DNA of 32,000 nucleotides from contig MWMI01000003.1 of the NCBI GenBank assembly GCA_003568775.1, positions 68,886 to 100,885 of the forward strand. The letters are read 5' to 3'. Both the position numbers and the translations under genes were made by a program. Under the pieces are notes generated by a model that saw nothing but the letters and a program-made list of their open reading frames with translations, was not told the DNA's origin and did no database searches. Source of the stretch: Candidatus Nanoclepta minutus. GTDB taxonomy: Archaea; Nanobdellota; Nanobdellia; Nanobdellales; Nanobdellaceae. Shown here piece after piece: positions 16,308-25,656 of the stretch (the stretch's first letter is position 1; the number at the start of each line of letters is the position of its first letter).

Positions 16308-17340
16308 TCATATATCTTTCTCTTAGTTTTATTATTTGATCTATTTTTGATCTCGATCTATTATATAAGTTTTCTAATTTTTCTTTAGTAATTCCATTAG
16401 ATATATAGAAGGAATCTAAACCTTCTTCTCTTCTCTTTGTTATCTCTGCCGTAAGGGCTAAATATGTAAATATTTGCGGTATTTTTATTTCTTTTTTAGT
16501 TGGATCTCTTAATAATTGTGAATAAAATATGTTTTGGAATATTGTTATTAATTCAGGAGCAGGTACTATGATTGGGAAACTTGGATAACCTTTTCTAGTT
16601 TCTAATAAGTTCATGGTTAATAATGCTTGATATCCTTGTCTTCCTATAATGTTCGGATAATAATACTTTCCCTTATACTTTATTTTCCTTAATCCATGAT
16701 ATGTATCGAATTCTCCAGATCCATTGACCTCAAAATCTCCTTGGTTTTGATATCCTTTAAGGATAACTCTATCATATCCTATTCTCTTTGGGAACGAGGG
16801 AATCTTTATTTCAAATTCGTTTATATATTCCCCATTTTTCATTGGAGGTTCTTTTTGAACTGGTTTGTCTTTATTAATTACTAAATAGAGATATGCTTCT
16901 GGTATGTCTATTAAAGGTATTTCATAGGCTTTGCTATCAGAAGAAATTAGAATAATCGAGTATGGATAATTTATTCTACCGTTTGGATTGTTTAATCTCT
17001 TTAAGATATTGTCTAACGAATTTGTAAAACCTTCAAAAGTTGGTAGGTTTTGTGATGGTACAATTCTTCTCTTCGCTCTAGAGATCAATATGATTGGATT
17101 ATAATAATACTTTCTGTTTTCTTTCTTTCCTCCGCATATCGTTTCATGTATTTCCGTAGGTACTCTTTCCCTTACTTTTTCTTTAAAATCTTCTTCTATT
17201 CTTTCTACTAATTCGTAATGTATATTACCATTTGGTTTTTCTAGAGCAGGTAAAAGGTATTTTATTCTTTTATTTATGGTTTCTTCGATTATTTCATCGA
17301 GGAGGGGTTGGGCTTGCTGAAGTGCTTCTATGTATCTCAT
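16285..17340 (-). CDS. Hypothetical protein, 351 aa, soluble, no family recognised
   Basis: Long uninterrupted ORF with host-like codon usage. An A/T-rich, TATA-like region lies upstream (17341-17420). The 3' end overlaps rps6e by 23 nt. Confidence 0.5.
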   Translation of the reverse strand: MRYIEALQQAQPLLDEIIEETINKRIKYLLPALEKPNGNIHYELVERIEEDFKEKVRERVPTEIHETICGGKKENRKYYYNPIILISRAKRRIVPSQNLPTFEGFTNSLDNILKRLNNPNGRINYPYSIILISSDSKAYEIPLIDIPEAYLYLVINKDKPVQKEPPMKNGEYINEFEIKIPSFPKRIGYDRVILKGYQNQGDFEVNGSGEFDTYHGLRKIKYKGKYYYPNIIGRQGYQALLTMNLLETRKGYPSFPIIVPAPELITIFQNIFYSQLLRDPTKKEIKIPQIFTYLALTAEITKRREEGLDSFYISNGITKEKLENLYNRSRSKIDQIIKLRERYMTMKSAVS

Positions 17341-17420
17341 AAATTACTAATTGGTGGTTAAGGATATAAATATTGATATATTTTAAGGTTTATTAAGAGG
17401 GAAGGACTTAATTTAAAATT

Positions 17421-17903
17421 ATGAAGATTAGAGGTGTATCTCCTTTAATTGCAACTATAATACTTATTGCTTTGACCGTGTCAATTGGTGCTATAATAGT
17501 TGGATGGGGAAGGAGTTATATTCAAAAACAGATGATATGTGCTGGAATGAGTGCTTCTTTAAATTATAAAAACTATAGCTATAGTGGTGGGAATAATCCG
17601 AAAATTATTTCTTTCGATATTTTAAATAGCGGGGAATCGGTAATAAACTTACGAAATGCGTATATTAAAATTACCTCTATTGATGAAACGTCTGATATAT
17701 GTTCGTATGGTACGGGGGGGTGTAGTTTTGTTGAGACATTGGGAAGCAATAATATAGTGCCTAGTAATTTTACATCGATATCTCTAACGGTAACAAGTAT
17801 ATCTCCTATTTATAACAAGCTTTCAGGTGCAACAGTGGAGTTATATGATAAAACATGTAATACACTATTAGCAAGTACTATACTTCCATATTCTATTTCT
17901 TAA
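17421..17903 (+). CDS. Archaeal type IV pilin-like protein (DUF1628-type N-terminus)
   Basis: The N-terminus MKIRG|VSPLIATIILIALTVSIGAIIVG matches the archaeal class III signal peptide consensus ([KR]G-VSPVIA...). Confidence 0.7.
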   Translation: MKIRGVSPLIATIILIALTVSIGAIIVGWGRSYIQKQMICAGMSASLNYKNYSYSGGNNPKIISFDILNSGESVINLRNAYIKITSIDETSDICSYGTGGCSFVETLGSNNIVPSNFTSISLTVTSISPIYNKLSGATVELYDKTCNTLLASTILPYSIS

Positions 17904-20438
17904 ATCTAAAACAATTGTAATGATAAATAGAAAAGAAAATAAGGAAAATAAATCCAAAACTTTCCAAGGATATCTATATTCCAGTTCAAGTATCCAAGTA
18001 CCTTTAGAAATCTCAAGTTCAATAGTACCTGCAAATTCATTTTTCCTTATTGGGATTTCTTTTCCATTTAGTTTTGCCCCCCAGTAAGGATAATCGTTTT
18101 CACTTATAGAGATCGTAGCTGCAGAGTCTGTAGATATTATAACAGTAATCTTTTCGTTTGTAAGTTGAGAAATCCAATATTTGAAGTTAGATTTTAAATG
18201 TTGTGCTATAAGATTCCTCAAAATGCTTTGCTCATATTGATTGTTTTTAACAATAGAGTGATAGAATAGACTTAGACCTATAAAGTATATTCTCCCATTT
18301 CCAATTTCTTTGTATCCTAGTACCGTATAATTTTCATATTTTATCAGCGGAATTAAGTCTCCAGAATAGGTAGTACTAACCCAGTAGTTTCCATTATCTT
18401 CAAATTCGCTGAATTTCTCCATATCATACATATCTGAGGGCAGATCTAATTTACCTTTTACTTTTATAACGGTAGAATTCACTCCAAGAATGCTATTTTC
18501 CATATCTGATGAGAGAAAAGTATCTACAAAAACTATTCCTCCTTCTCTAATAAACCTCTCTAGTATTTTCCAGACAGAAGAATTTGTATAGTGATAACTA
18601 TATAGGAAAATTATTTTATAGTTTTTGATTTCGTTATAAGTTAAGCTATCTAGGTTATTGATTATAGTACAATTCTTAGTTTCTAAGCAATTACTCAAAT
18701 TTTCTCCTAAGAATGTTGATCGGATTAATATATCTTTTATAGCGTTTTCGCTTCCGATAAATAAAATTTTAGTGGAGGTATTCTCAATTATTATGAAGGT
18801 ATTGTTATCTCTATAGAATAAAGCAAATCTTGGAGATTCACATATTTTTCTAAATCCTATTTTCTCTATTACATTTGAGAAGACACTATATGGTAACATC
18901 CAATTGTACTTATCTAGAATTATGTAATTTACTGAAAAATGAAGTAAATAATTGCTCAAGAGGTTATAGTGAAATTCAGATACATTTGGATATGTTGAAA
19001 GGATATCTCTATATATGATATGGTATAATTTTGAGCGAGATAATAAATTAATATCTCCTTGCCAGTACCAACCTCTTAGGATTGGGATATTTTTAATAAT
19101 GGCAGGATAATATGCTGTTGCGGATCCAATTGCTAATTCTACACTAGGTTGATATAGCCTACTTCCTTCTAGGTTATCTATGCAGTTTAATATGTTAGTA
19201 TACTCTTTTATCATGGAATCAAAATATTTTTCATCCTCAACGGATATCGGGTATTTGAGGGAAAAATCTGCTAAAATAATTAAGAGAATTGCTATTATTA
19301 ACAAAGCTTTTACATTTTTTTGAACTTTAATCTCTTCAATAGAAGATATTAATAGAGCAAAACCAATTAAGGAATAAAAGTTTGCTCCGTCAATCCATCT
19401 CTCAGGATGAATATTCGCTATAATTGGCAAATAATATAACTCCCTAATTGGATTATAGTACCCTAATGCTAAAAATACGAAGAAAAATATTATTAATAAG
19501 GAATTTATCGAAAATATTTTTAGATCAGTTTTAATATCTTTTCTTAAGAGGAAAAGTATATAACCAAGTAATCCGAGAATAAACAAAATTCCTACGTAGT
19601 ACTTATTGGAGATATCAAATAGGTTTTCTATGTATACACTATGAAATTGAAAAGTCGGTGGTTCTTTATAAAAATAAAAGGTGTTATAGTATTTCATCTG
19701 TAATAAGAAGGGAATTGTCCAAAATGCTGTTAATGAAATAAAAGAAGCAGAAAATACAAGGATGTTTTTTGCAAAATTCTTTAGTGATAAATTTCTGATA
19801 TAACTTATGTAGAGATATGGGAATAAAATAACAATAGAAAAAGCGAATATTATAAAGATCATTAAGTGGGATAAGAATAAAGCTGATAAAAATATAGAAG
19901 AAAGTAAAACTTTTTTGATATCTTTGTATTTAACTAAATAAATTACCCCTAACATTCCTAATGGTAATAACATATTAGCAAAAAATCTTGTAATCGCTCC
20001 ACATAATCCAACAACATAATAAAGTATCCAAATAGATAGAGGATATAGTAATGAAGATAAATAAATTGATATTCCTTTAAATCTTAATTCTCTTAATAAA
20101 AACCTCATTGAATACGCTCCAATTAACATACCAATCAATATAGTCAGCTTATATCCTAATACATCAGAGTTAACTATTTTTCCAATTAATGCCCCAACAA
20201 AATAGGATAGGGGGGAATAAAAAGTAAGAAAAGGATCTCCACCATGCCAGTATCTGGTCCATTTAACATAGCCATCATTCATAAGTTCCCATATTTTAAA
20301 CAAATGACCATAAGCATCTCCACCCCGTCCCGGTAAATATGGACTTTTGAATACGGGATAAAGAATAAAAGAGTAGACTACTAATAAAGTGAGCAAGTAA
20401 GCTATTTCAAAGAGCAGTTTTCTATATTTATACTCCAT
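17868..20438 (-). CDS. Large polytopic membrane protein, GT-C-fold glycosyltransferase/polymerase-like (PTPS-related membrane family), with a C-terminal extracellular domain
   Basis: 856 aa. About 12-14 TM helices occupy the first ~400 aa. The N-terminal motif PGRGGDAYGHLFKIWEL...WHGGDPFLTFYSPLSYF resembles archaeal GT-C-like membrane proteins. It is the last gene of the glycan operon. Confidence 0.5.
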   Translation of the reverse strand: MEYKYRKLLFEIAYLLTLLVVYSFILYPVFKSPYLPGRGGDAYGHLFKIWELMNDGYVKWTRYWHGGDPFLTFYSPLSYFVGALIGKIVNSDVLGYKLTILIGMLIGAYSMRFLLRELRFKGISIYLSSLLYPLSIWILYYVVGLCGAITRFFANMLLPLGMLGVIYLVKYKDIKKVLLSSIFLSALFLSHLMIFIIFAFSIVILFPYLYISYIRNLSLKNFAKNILVFSASFISLTAFWTIPFLLQMKYYNTFYFYKEPPTFQFHSVYIENLFDISNKYYVGILFILGLLGYILFLLRKDIKTDLKIFSINSLLIIFFFVFLALGYYNPIRELYYLPIIANIHPERWIDGANFYSLIGFALLISSIEEIKVQKNVKALLIIAILLIILADFSLKYPISVEDEKYFDSMIKEYTNILNCIDNLEGSRLYQPSVELAIGSATAYYPAIIKNIPILRGWYWQGDINLLSRSKLYHIIYRDILSTYPNVSEFHYNLLSNYLLHFSVNYIILDKYNWMLPYSVFSNVIEKIGFRKICESPRFALFYRDNNTFIIIENTSTKILFIGSENAIKDILIRSTFLGENLSNCLETKNCTIINNLDSLTYNEIKNYKIIFLYSYHYTNSSVWKILERFIREGGIVFVDTFLSSDMENSILGVNSTVIKVKGKLDLPSDMYDMEKFSEFEDNGNYWVSTTYSGDLIPLIKYENYTVLGYKEIGNGRIYFIGLSLFYHSIVKNNQYEQSILRNLIAQHLKSNFKYWISQLTNEKITVIISTDSAATISISENDYPYWGAKLNGKEIPIRKNEFAGTIELEISKGTWILELEYRYPWKVLDLFSLFSFLFIITIVLDLRNRIWKYSTC

Positions 20439-20473
20439 AGTAGTAATAAATAAATATATACTTATAAATATTT

Positions 20474-21790
20474 TTAATGAGAGATTTTATAAGTTCTTTG
20501 ACCTCCTTTGGCTTTCTCTTTTATATATTTTACAGCTCCTAATGAAGTAAAAACTAAAGTATATAGAGGAACATAGAGGGAATAAACAAATAGATCCTTC
20601 AGTTCTAATCTTAGATTTTCATTATTTATATTGTTTTTATACAAAAGATAAATTGTATATAAGTACCCAGCTAATGCACCAGTAATTTGTAAAATATGAG
20701 AAAGAGGATCGTTATTTACGAAAAGACTGCTAATGTAAAAAGGTAATGCTATATATATTCCGCCAAAGAGCTTTACTGTGTCTTTAAACTTATCAAACAC
20801 TTTTTCTCTTAAGTTTCTTTTAGATATTAAGTATTGAGAAGCTATTAAAGAGGGATAAGATATGGTTAGGGCAGTTCTTAGGGGAGGAATGGGTAATAGA
20901 GCGGCATATAACAGAGGGCCTATTAAGAAGTATGAGGCATGTAGGGGATTATTAAAACAGTTTTTTGGATCTTCTAAACATACCCTATATCCACCATACT
21001 GCCAATAAGTCCTTTGCTTAATAAACTTCTTTGGATCGTTTATTAGCTCGGGATATAATATTAAATCTTCTGAAAATAGAATACCTTTTCCATCTTTTCT
21101 TACTAAAAATGTCATCTCATAATCGTCTCCAGCATGTTTTCCAGAATGATTTTTCAATACTCTCTTTAAATCTTCCGTTCTCCAAAGAGATGCTGTCCCA
21201 TTTACATATATTCCCTCTCCTGCAGCTTTTCTAGCATTACTAGTTACTACAGTGTGCTCCACGTGTTGTATATAATCTAGGAAATTTTTCCTTAATAAGT
21301 TATCTAGGTTATCTTCTTTCCTTTTTGATTCGAAAGATTTATGGAAGCTTTTAATATCTTCTTTTATCTCTTTCAAAACGTTTTCGGGTAAATACCTCTG
21401 ATTTGCAGTAGGGTAAACCATTACTGGAAAATCTTCATTTAGCCTTTCACAGTTTTCTTTCAATATTTCATCTAACCCTTTTCCATTATTTGGTACAGGT
21501 ATTACATCATCATCTTGAATAAAAACACATTTTGGATTATACTCTTGAATGATATGTTCTAATCCATAATGTAAGGCATCGATTTTTCCCCCGTTTTCTT
21601 TTCTCAAAACTTTTGCATAACCGTTTTTTTCTATTAACTCTAAAACCCCGTTTGTATCTTCTCTCTTCGATCCATCGTTTACAACTATAATAGGATTTCC
21701 CGTATGTTTATGGAGGTAAGATACAGTAGTATAGAGGGTTGTAGGAGATGTATTATATACAGGAATTATAATAGGAATTGCGCTTTTCAT
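20474..21790 (-). CDS. Family 2 glycosyltransferase with C-terminal TM helices (synthase-like)
   Basis: PIIIPVYNTS...VVNDGSKRED...FIQDDDVIP are GT2 DxD-type motifs. KQRTYWQYGG is a variant of the processive-synthase QxxRW motif (Tyr in place of Arg). About 4 TM helices follow. Confidence 0.8.
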   Translation of the reverse strand: MKSAIPIIIPVYNTSPTTLYTTVSYLHKHTGNPIIVVNDGSKREDTNGVLELIEKNGYAKVLRKENGGKIDALHYGLEHIIQEYNPKCVFIQDDDVIPVPNNGKGLDEILKENCERLNEDFPVMVYPTANQRYLPENVLKEIKEDIKSFHKSFESKRKEDNLDNLLRKNFLDYIQHVEHTVVTSNARKAAGEGIYVNGTASLWRTEDLKRVLKNHSGKHAGDDYEMTFLVRKDGKGILFSEDLILYPELINDPKKFIKQRTYWQYGGYRVCLEDPKNCFNNPLHASYFLIGPLLYAALLPIPPLRTALTISYPSLIASQYLISKRNLREKVFDKFKDTVKLFGGIYIALPFYISSLFVNNDPLSHILQITGALAGYLYTIYLLYKNNINNENLRLELKDLFVYSLYVPLYTLVFTSLGAVKYIKEKAKGGQRTYKISH

Positions 21791-22392
21791 TCTTCGATAA
21801 ATCTTATAATTTCAAAGCCTTCTGCATAGTTAACTCCATTTATAAATCCATGGTATTTGTTTATTCCTAGAATAGTTTCTTTCTTTAAGAAATCTTTATG
21901 ATTTTGAGATCTAAATATTTCCAATATCTTTATCTTTTCTTCTATAAACTCTGATATATCAACAAAATAAGAGGGATGGAAGTTATTATATGTTAAAGGA
22001 GCCCAAAATGACAATATTTGTTTTACTTTTCTTCCAGCAATTTTTACAGCTTCTGCAGTAGTCCTATGATCTTGGTGAGAGTCTGATAAACTATGAGTAT
22101 ATATTCTGTTTGGTTTAAATTTGTTTATTAAATCCTCTAAAACATCTTTTATTTCAATAAGCTTTTCGTAAAACCTTGTATCTGGGAAATTAAATAAGAA
22201 GTAATCAGATATCCCTAAATAGTTAATTACTTCTAAAAGTTCTTTTTCTCTTTCTTTTGAATCTCCACCTTTTTCTCCTCTTGATAGAATTATATATATT
22301 ACCTTATCCCCATTTCTTAAATGCTTTAGTAAAGTTCCTCCCGCCCCTAACTCTATATCGTCCGGATGAGCACCAATAAACATTACGATCAT
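21787..22392 (-). CDS. PIG-L/LmbE-family N-acetylglucosaminyl deacetylase
   Basis: FIGAHPDDIELGAGGTLLK is the AHPDDxExGxGGT signature. HSLSDSHQDHRTT is the second His/Asp metal motif. The gene has 4-nt overlaps at both ends. Confidence 0.85.
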   Translation of the reverse strand: MIVMFIGAHPDDIELGAGGTLLKHLRNGDKVIYIILSRGEKGGDSKEREKELLEVINYLGISDYFLFNFPDTRFYEKLIEIKDVLEDLINKFKPNRIYTHSLSDSHQDHRTTAEAVKIAGRKVKQILSFWAPLTYNNFHPSYFVDISEFIEEKIKILEIFRSQNHKDFLKKETILGINKYHGFINGVNYAEGFEIIRFIEE

Positions 22393-23036
22393 TTCATGCT
22401 CTGAAGGACTTTTCTTAAGCCTTTTAAGTTCCTTATAGTTATCTTTGGCTTATATTCTTCCTTAACACTTTCATTCGGAATTCTTCTATATAAACCTGCT
22501 AATACCCTAACTGTTATTATTCCCAACTTGTTAGGTATAAGAAAATCTGCAAGAGGATCATCTCCAATGTAGGCTTTTACTTTATATTCCTCAAAATACT
22601 TTCTATTATTTTCATCTAACTTATCTCTTACTATGATATAATTAAAACGAACTCCATAGTTTTTCATTATATTTTTAATTTTTTCTTCCTGTATTTCTCT
22701 GTTTCCTTCCGTATAAACTGTTAAATTATCGTTGTTTAGTACGTCTAAAGCAGATTTATAAAGCTCAATCTTCTTGTTTTTTAAGAATTCTAAATTAAAT
22801 TCCCTATATAATTTTACTAGTTCTTCAGAAGAAATTTCTAAGTTAAATTTAGATACTAGATCATCAAATATCTTATATCTTAAGGTTTTTTTCTTAACAA
22901 GGTTCAACAGATATCTAAAGGTTTTAGATTTATTTAAATTAAATTCCTTTTTTAGTTCTTCGCTTATTTTACCGAATGCATATCTCAATATTTGTTCTTG
23001 GTTGTATAAAGTGTTATCTAAATCTATGAAGATCAT
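22389..23036 (-). CDS. HAD-superfamily hydrolase (probable phosphatase)
   Basis: Motif I is MIFIDLDNTLY (DxDxT). The C-terminal motif is YIGDDPLADFLIPNKLGIITVRV (GD.. .D). Confidence 0.75.
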   Translation of the reverse strand: MIFIDLDNTLYNQEQILRYAFGKISEELKKEFNLNKSKTFRYLLNLVKKKTLRYKIFDDLVSKFNLEISSEELVKLYREFNLEFLKNKKIELYKSALDVLNNDNLTVYTEGNREIQEEKIKNIMKNYGVRFNYIIVRDKLDENNRKYFEEYKVKAYIGDDPLADFLIPNKLGIITVRVLAGLYRRIPNESVKEEYKPKITIRNLKGLRKVLQSMK

Positions 23037-23941
23037 TTTAGCTTATATACTTCGGGAACTTTTGCATATATGCCTTCTTTTATTTCAATACCATTGGGAA
23101 TTTCTTCATATAGCCAATATTTAACTAATATTTTTGGTAAATTAGCCCCAGCTGCTGCAGTTATATCTAATCCTCCAGAAAATCTTAAATTGATTTCTTG
23201 TAATTTAGGATTTCCATTTATATCTTCCTTAAACTGAACATTAAAAGCTCCTCTAAACTTTAGGTATTCAGATATCTCTTTAACGTATTCTAAGATTTTC
23301 TTATCTAGTTTTACTTCTCCAACCATAGAAATACCTTCTCTAACCTTTAGTCTTATTCTAGGAACAGCTATTATTATGTTACTGTTTTTATCTGCGATGG
23401 CATCAACCGTCCACTCCCTACCAGGTAGGTATTCTACAAAGAAAAATCCGTCTTCTTTTTTAAACTCATTTTTATTTCCAATGTATATGTTTCTACTACC
23501 CCTTCCTTTTATAGGTTTTTTAACAACTTTTTCAGAATTTAGATCTTTTGGATCTAGGGAGAATTCAGGTATAATCTCTGGTATTTTATCTTTTAAATAT
23601 AAATAAATATTACATTTATTTAAACAGATTTCTACGATCTCTCTAGGATGAATAACTATTTTTTCAGAAAAACTTATATTGTTCTTTGCTAATACTTCTA
23701 TTTCTTCATCAACTGTGGGAATAACTAGATCTATTTTTTCTTCTTCAATTATTTTTTCAATATCTTTTATGAATTGTTCTTCATTAGAAGCTGGAGATAT
23801 TAAGTAGTATTTATTGGAAATTGCGAAACCTTCTGAGTAAGGATTTATATCGGTTGAAACAATATAGTATTCTTTTTTTAATAGCTTTATTACATTAATA
23901 CCTGCAGGTCCACCTGCGCCCGTAACTAATATTTTATTCAT
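23033..23941 (-). CDS. ATP-grasp ligase (carbamoyl-phosphate-synthase-L-like / PylC-like)
   Basis: The N-terminal Rossmann-like segment is KILVTGAGGPAGINVIK. The ATP-grasp core is VVKKPIKGRGSRNIYIG...FFVEYLPGREWTVDAI...FNVQFKEDINGNPKLQEINLRFSGG. It is the first gene of the overlapping minus-strand operon. Confidence 0.75.
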   Translation of the reverse strand: MNKILVTGAGGPAGINVIKLLKKEYYIVSTDINPYSEGFAISNKYYLISPASNEEQFIKDIEKIIEEEKIDLVIPTVDEEIEVLAKNNISFSEKIVIHPREIVEICLNKCNIYLYLKDKIPEIIPEFSLDPKDLNSEKVVKKPIKGRGSRNIYIGNKNEFKKEDGFFFVEYLPGREWTVDAIADKNSNIIIAVPRIRLKVREGISMVGEVKLDKKILEYVKEISEYLKFRGAFNVQFKEDINGNPKLQEINLRFSGGLDITAAAGANLPKILVKYWLYEEIPNGIEIKEGIYAKVPEVYKLK

Positions 23942-24089
23942 ATTAATATGATACTACTGAAGGGTTATAAATTTTATTATTATCATAAGGTAGTGAATAT
24001 CTCCATTTTCAATAGAAAGAATAATGTTTTTTAAGATCTTTCTTAGAGTTCCTAAATAAAAAATATATCGTTTCTAACCAATCCATTAT

Positions 24090-25376
24090 TTATATCAATC
24101 TTTCTAATAAGAAGTGGATTGTACAATTCTTAAACCTATTATCATAATAATAGGAGTTTTCTGTTAAGGGTTCCTTTCCTATAAATACGTCATTTGAATT
24201 TTTAGGATAACCTATATTTATTTTATAATCGTCTTCATATACCTTTATTTCATCCTTAATTTCTTCATATATTTTCGGATCTATGTATAACTCTTTTACG
24301 GGATTCCTTTTTTCAATATATTTTTTTAAGTATTCTATTTCATCCTTAAACTCCTCTATTAAATGCTTTACCAACCTTTTCTTTGTATATACATTTATTT
24401 TATAGCTTCCATCAGAAAAAGCCATTAAGAAATTATGTAAAGTATCAAAGAACCTTACTAATCTTTCTTCTATTTTAGTTTCTTCATAACCTTCATTCAA
24501 TACTTCGGAAACCTTTGCAACTCTTTCTCCAAATTTTTCTTTTATTTCTTCATATTTACCTATACCTTCTTCAACTACATCATGTAATAAAGCTTCTATT
24601 AAAACATCTTCATCTTCAGTAAATATCCTTAAAAATCCTATAAGAGCAATTGGATGTTCTATATATGGTATTCTATTCCTTCTAAGCTTGATATAATATT
24701 TTTCTTTAGAGTATTCATATGCTTCTAATAATTTATTTTTGTTTTCAACCCTAGCGATTTTAGATAATTTATTTAGGTCTTCTAGGCTATTTACTTTTAT
24801 AAAATTACCGTCTTTAACATAAGAAAACAATTCCTTTCTCTTGAGTAAATCTGTTATTAAAGAGCTTAAATTATCTGTATTTATTTGAAAGCCCTTTGGT
24901 ATATATAAAATATCTGTTAAAACAATCTTTGAGCTTTTGTCAAGTATAGATAAATCTCCTTCACCAACTTTAACTCTTATATAATCGCTTTTTATTTCTT
25001 CATCTTTCATGTTCAAAGCTAAAGCATAAAATTTGTTGTTATCTTTTACATAGTTTATAAAATCACATATCCCAACATCTATAAAGTTATCTGCCGGAAA
25101 AACTATTAAATTATCTTCTTTCAAAACATTATTGATAATCTCTATTTCATTATCATATTTTACTTCTAAAATATAGTGTCTTCTTTTTAAATTATATGTC
25201 CATTCTTCGTATTCTTTTTCTGTAATTAAAATAATCTTGTCTATTTCATAACTCTTTTTTAACTTTTCAATCGCAAATTCTACTAAAGGTTTTCCTTTAA
25301 TCGGAATAAAGGGTTTTGGTATAATATCTGTAATTGGCTTTATATCAGATTTTTTAGTAAGGATTAGCCCTATCAT
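24090..25376 (-). CDS. Fusion protein: degenerate sugar-nucleotidyltransferase-like N-domain plus RelA/SpoT-type HD domain ((p)ppGpp-hydrolase-like)
   Basis: The N-terminus GLILTKKSDIKPITDIIPKPFIPIKGKPLVEFAIEKL resembles the NTP-transferase fold, but TKKSD replaces the GxGTR loop. Residues ~235-300, YIEHPIALIGFL...DEDVLIEALLHDVVEEG...EIKEKFGERVAKVSEVL, match the SpoT/Mesh1 HD consensus (HP..VA..L....D....AALLHDvvEDT....i...FG..Va.lV). Confidence 0.7.
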   Translation of the reverse strand: MIGLILTKKSDIKPITDIIPKPFIPIKGKPLVEFAIEKLKKSYEIDKIILITEKEYEEWTYNLKRRHYILEVKYDNEIEIINNVLKEDNLIVFPADNFIDVGICDFINYVKDNNKFYALALNMKDEEIKSDYIRVKVGEGDLSILDKSSKIVLTDILYIPKGFQINTDNLSSLITDLLKRKELFSYVKDGNFIKVNSLEDLNKLSKIARVENKNKLLEAYEYSKEKYYIKLRRNRIPYIEHPIALIGFLRIFTEDEDVLIEALLHDVVEEGIGKYEEIKEKFGERVAKVSEVLNEGYEETKIEERLVRFFDTLHNFLMAFSDGSYKINVYTKKRLVKHLIEEFKDEIEYLKKYIEKRNPVKELYIDPKIYEEIKDEIKVYEDDYKINIGYPKNSNDVFIGKEPLTENSYYYDNRFKNCTIHFLLERLI

Positions 25377-25422
25377 ATTTCTATTTTACAACCATATAAT
25401 AAAAAAATATGATATAGGGAAT

Positions 25423-25656
25423 ATGATAGACCCCATAAACTTTATTGGGGAAAAGATTAGAAAAGATGCAGATGCTGTTGATATGGAAACATCTGTAATT
25501 TTTTCTTTCTGCAGAAAATACGATATACAGTCTTATATAAGTTTAGGAATAGTTTCTGACAAGTTAGGTAAAGAAATACTTCCTGTTGATAGAAGAATAA
25601 AAATATTAAAGGATTGTGCAAAAGATTTAAAAGAATGGTTGGAACAAAATATATAA
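25423..25656 (+). pseudogene. C-terminal remnant (~77 aa of an expected ~230) of an MTA/SAH-nucleosidase or PNP-family nucleoside phosphorylase
   Basis: IDPINFIGEKIRKDADAVDMETSVIFSFCRKYDIQSYISLGIVSD aligns with the family C-terminus (GD.FI......l....p.a.AVEMEgaA.a.vc....vPf..iR.ISD). No N-terminal two-thirds can exist upstream: only 46 nt separate it from the divergent gene. Confidence 0.5.

Noticed and set aside
16696-16884. Track ORF 16696-16884 (+)
   Set aside because: It is antisense to the 351-aa ORF. It is short and hydrophobic/low-complexity, with no independent promoter spacing.
21031-23606. Track ORFs 21031-21234, 22774-23124 and 23376-23606 (all +)
   Set aside because: They are antisense to the GT2, HAD and ATP-grasp genes, which have clear family motifs and form a tightly overlapping operon.
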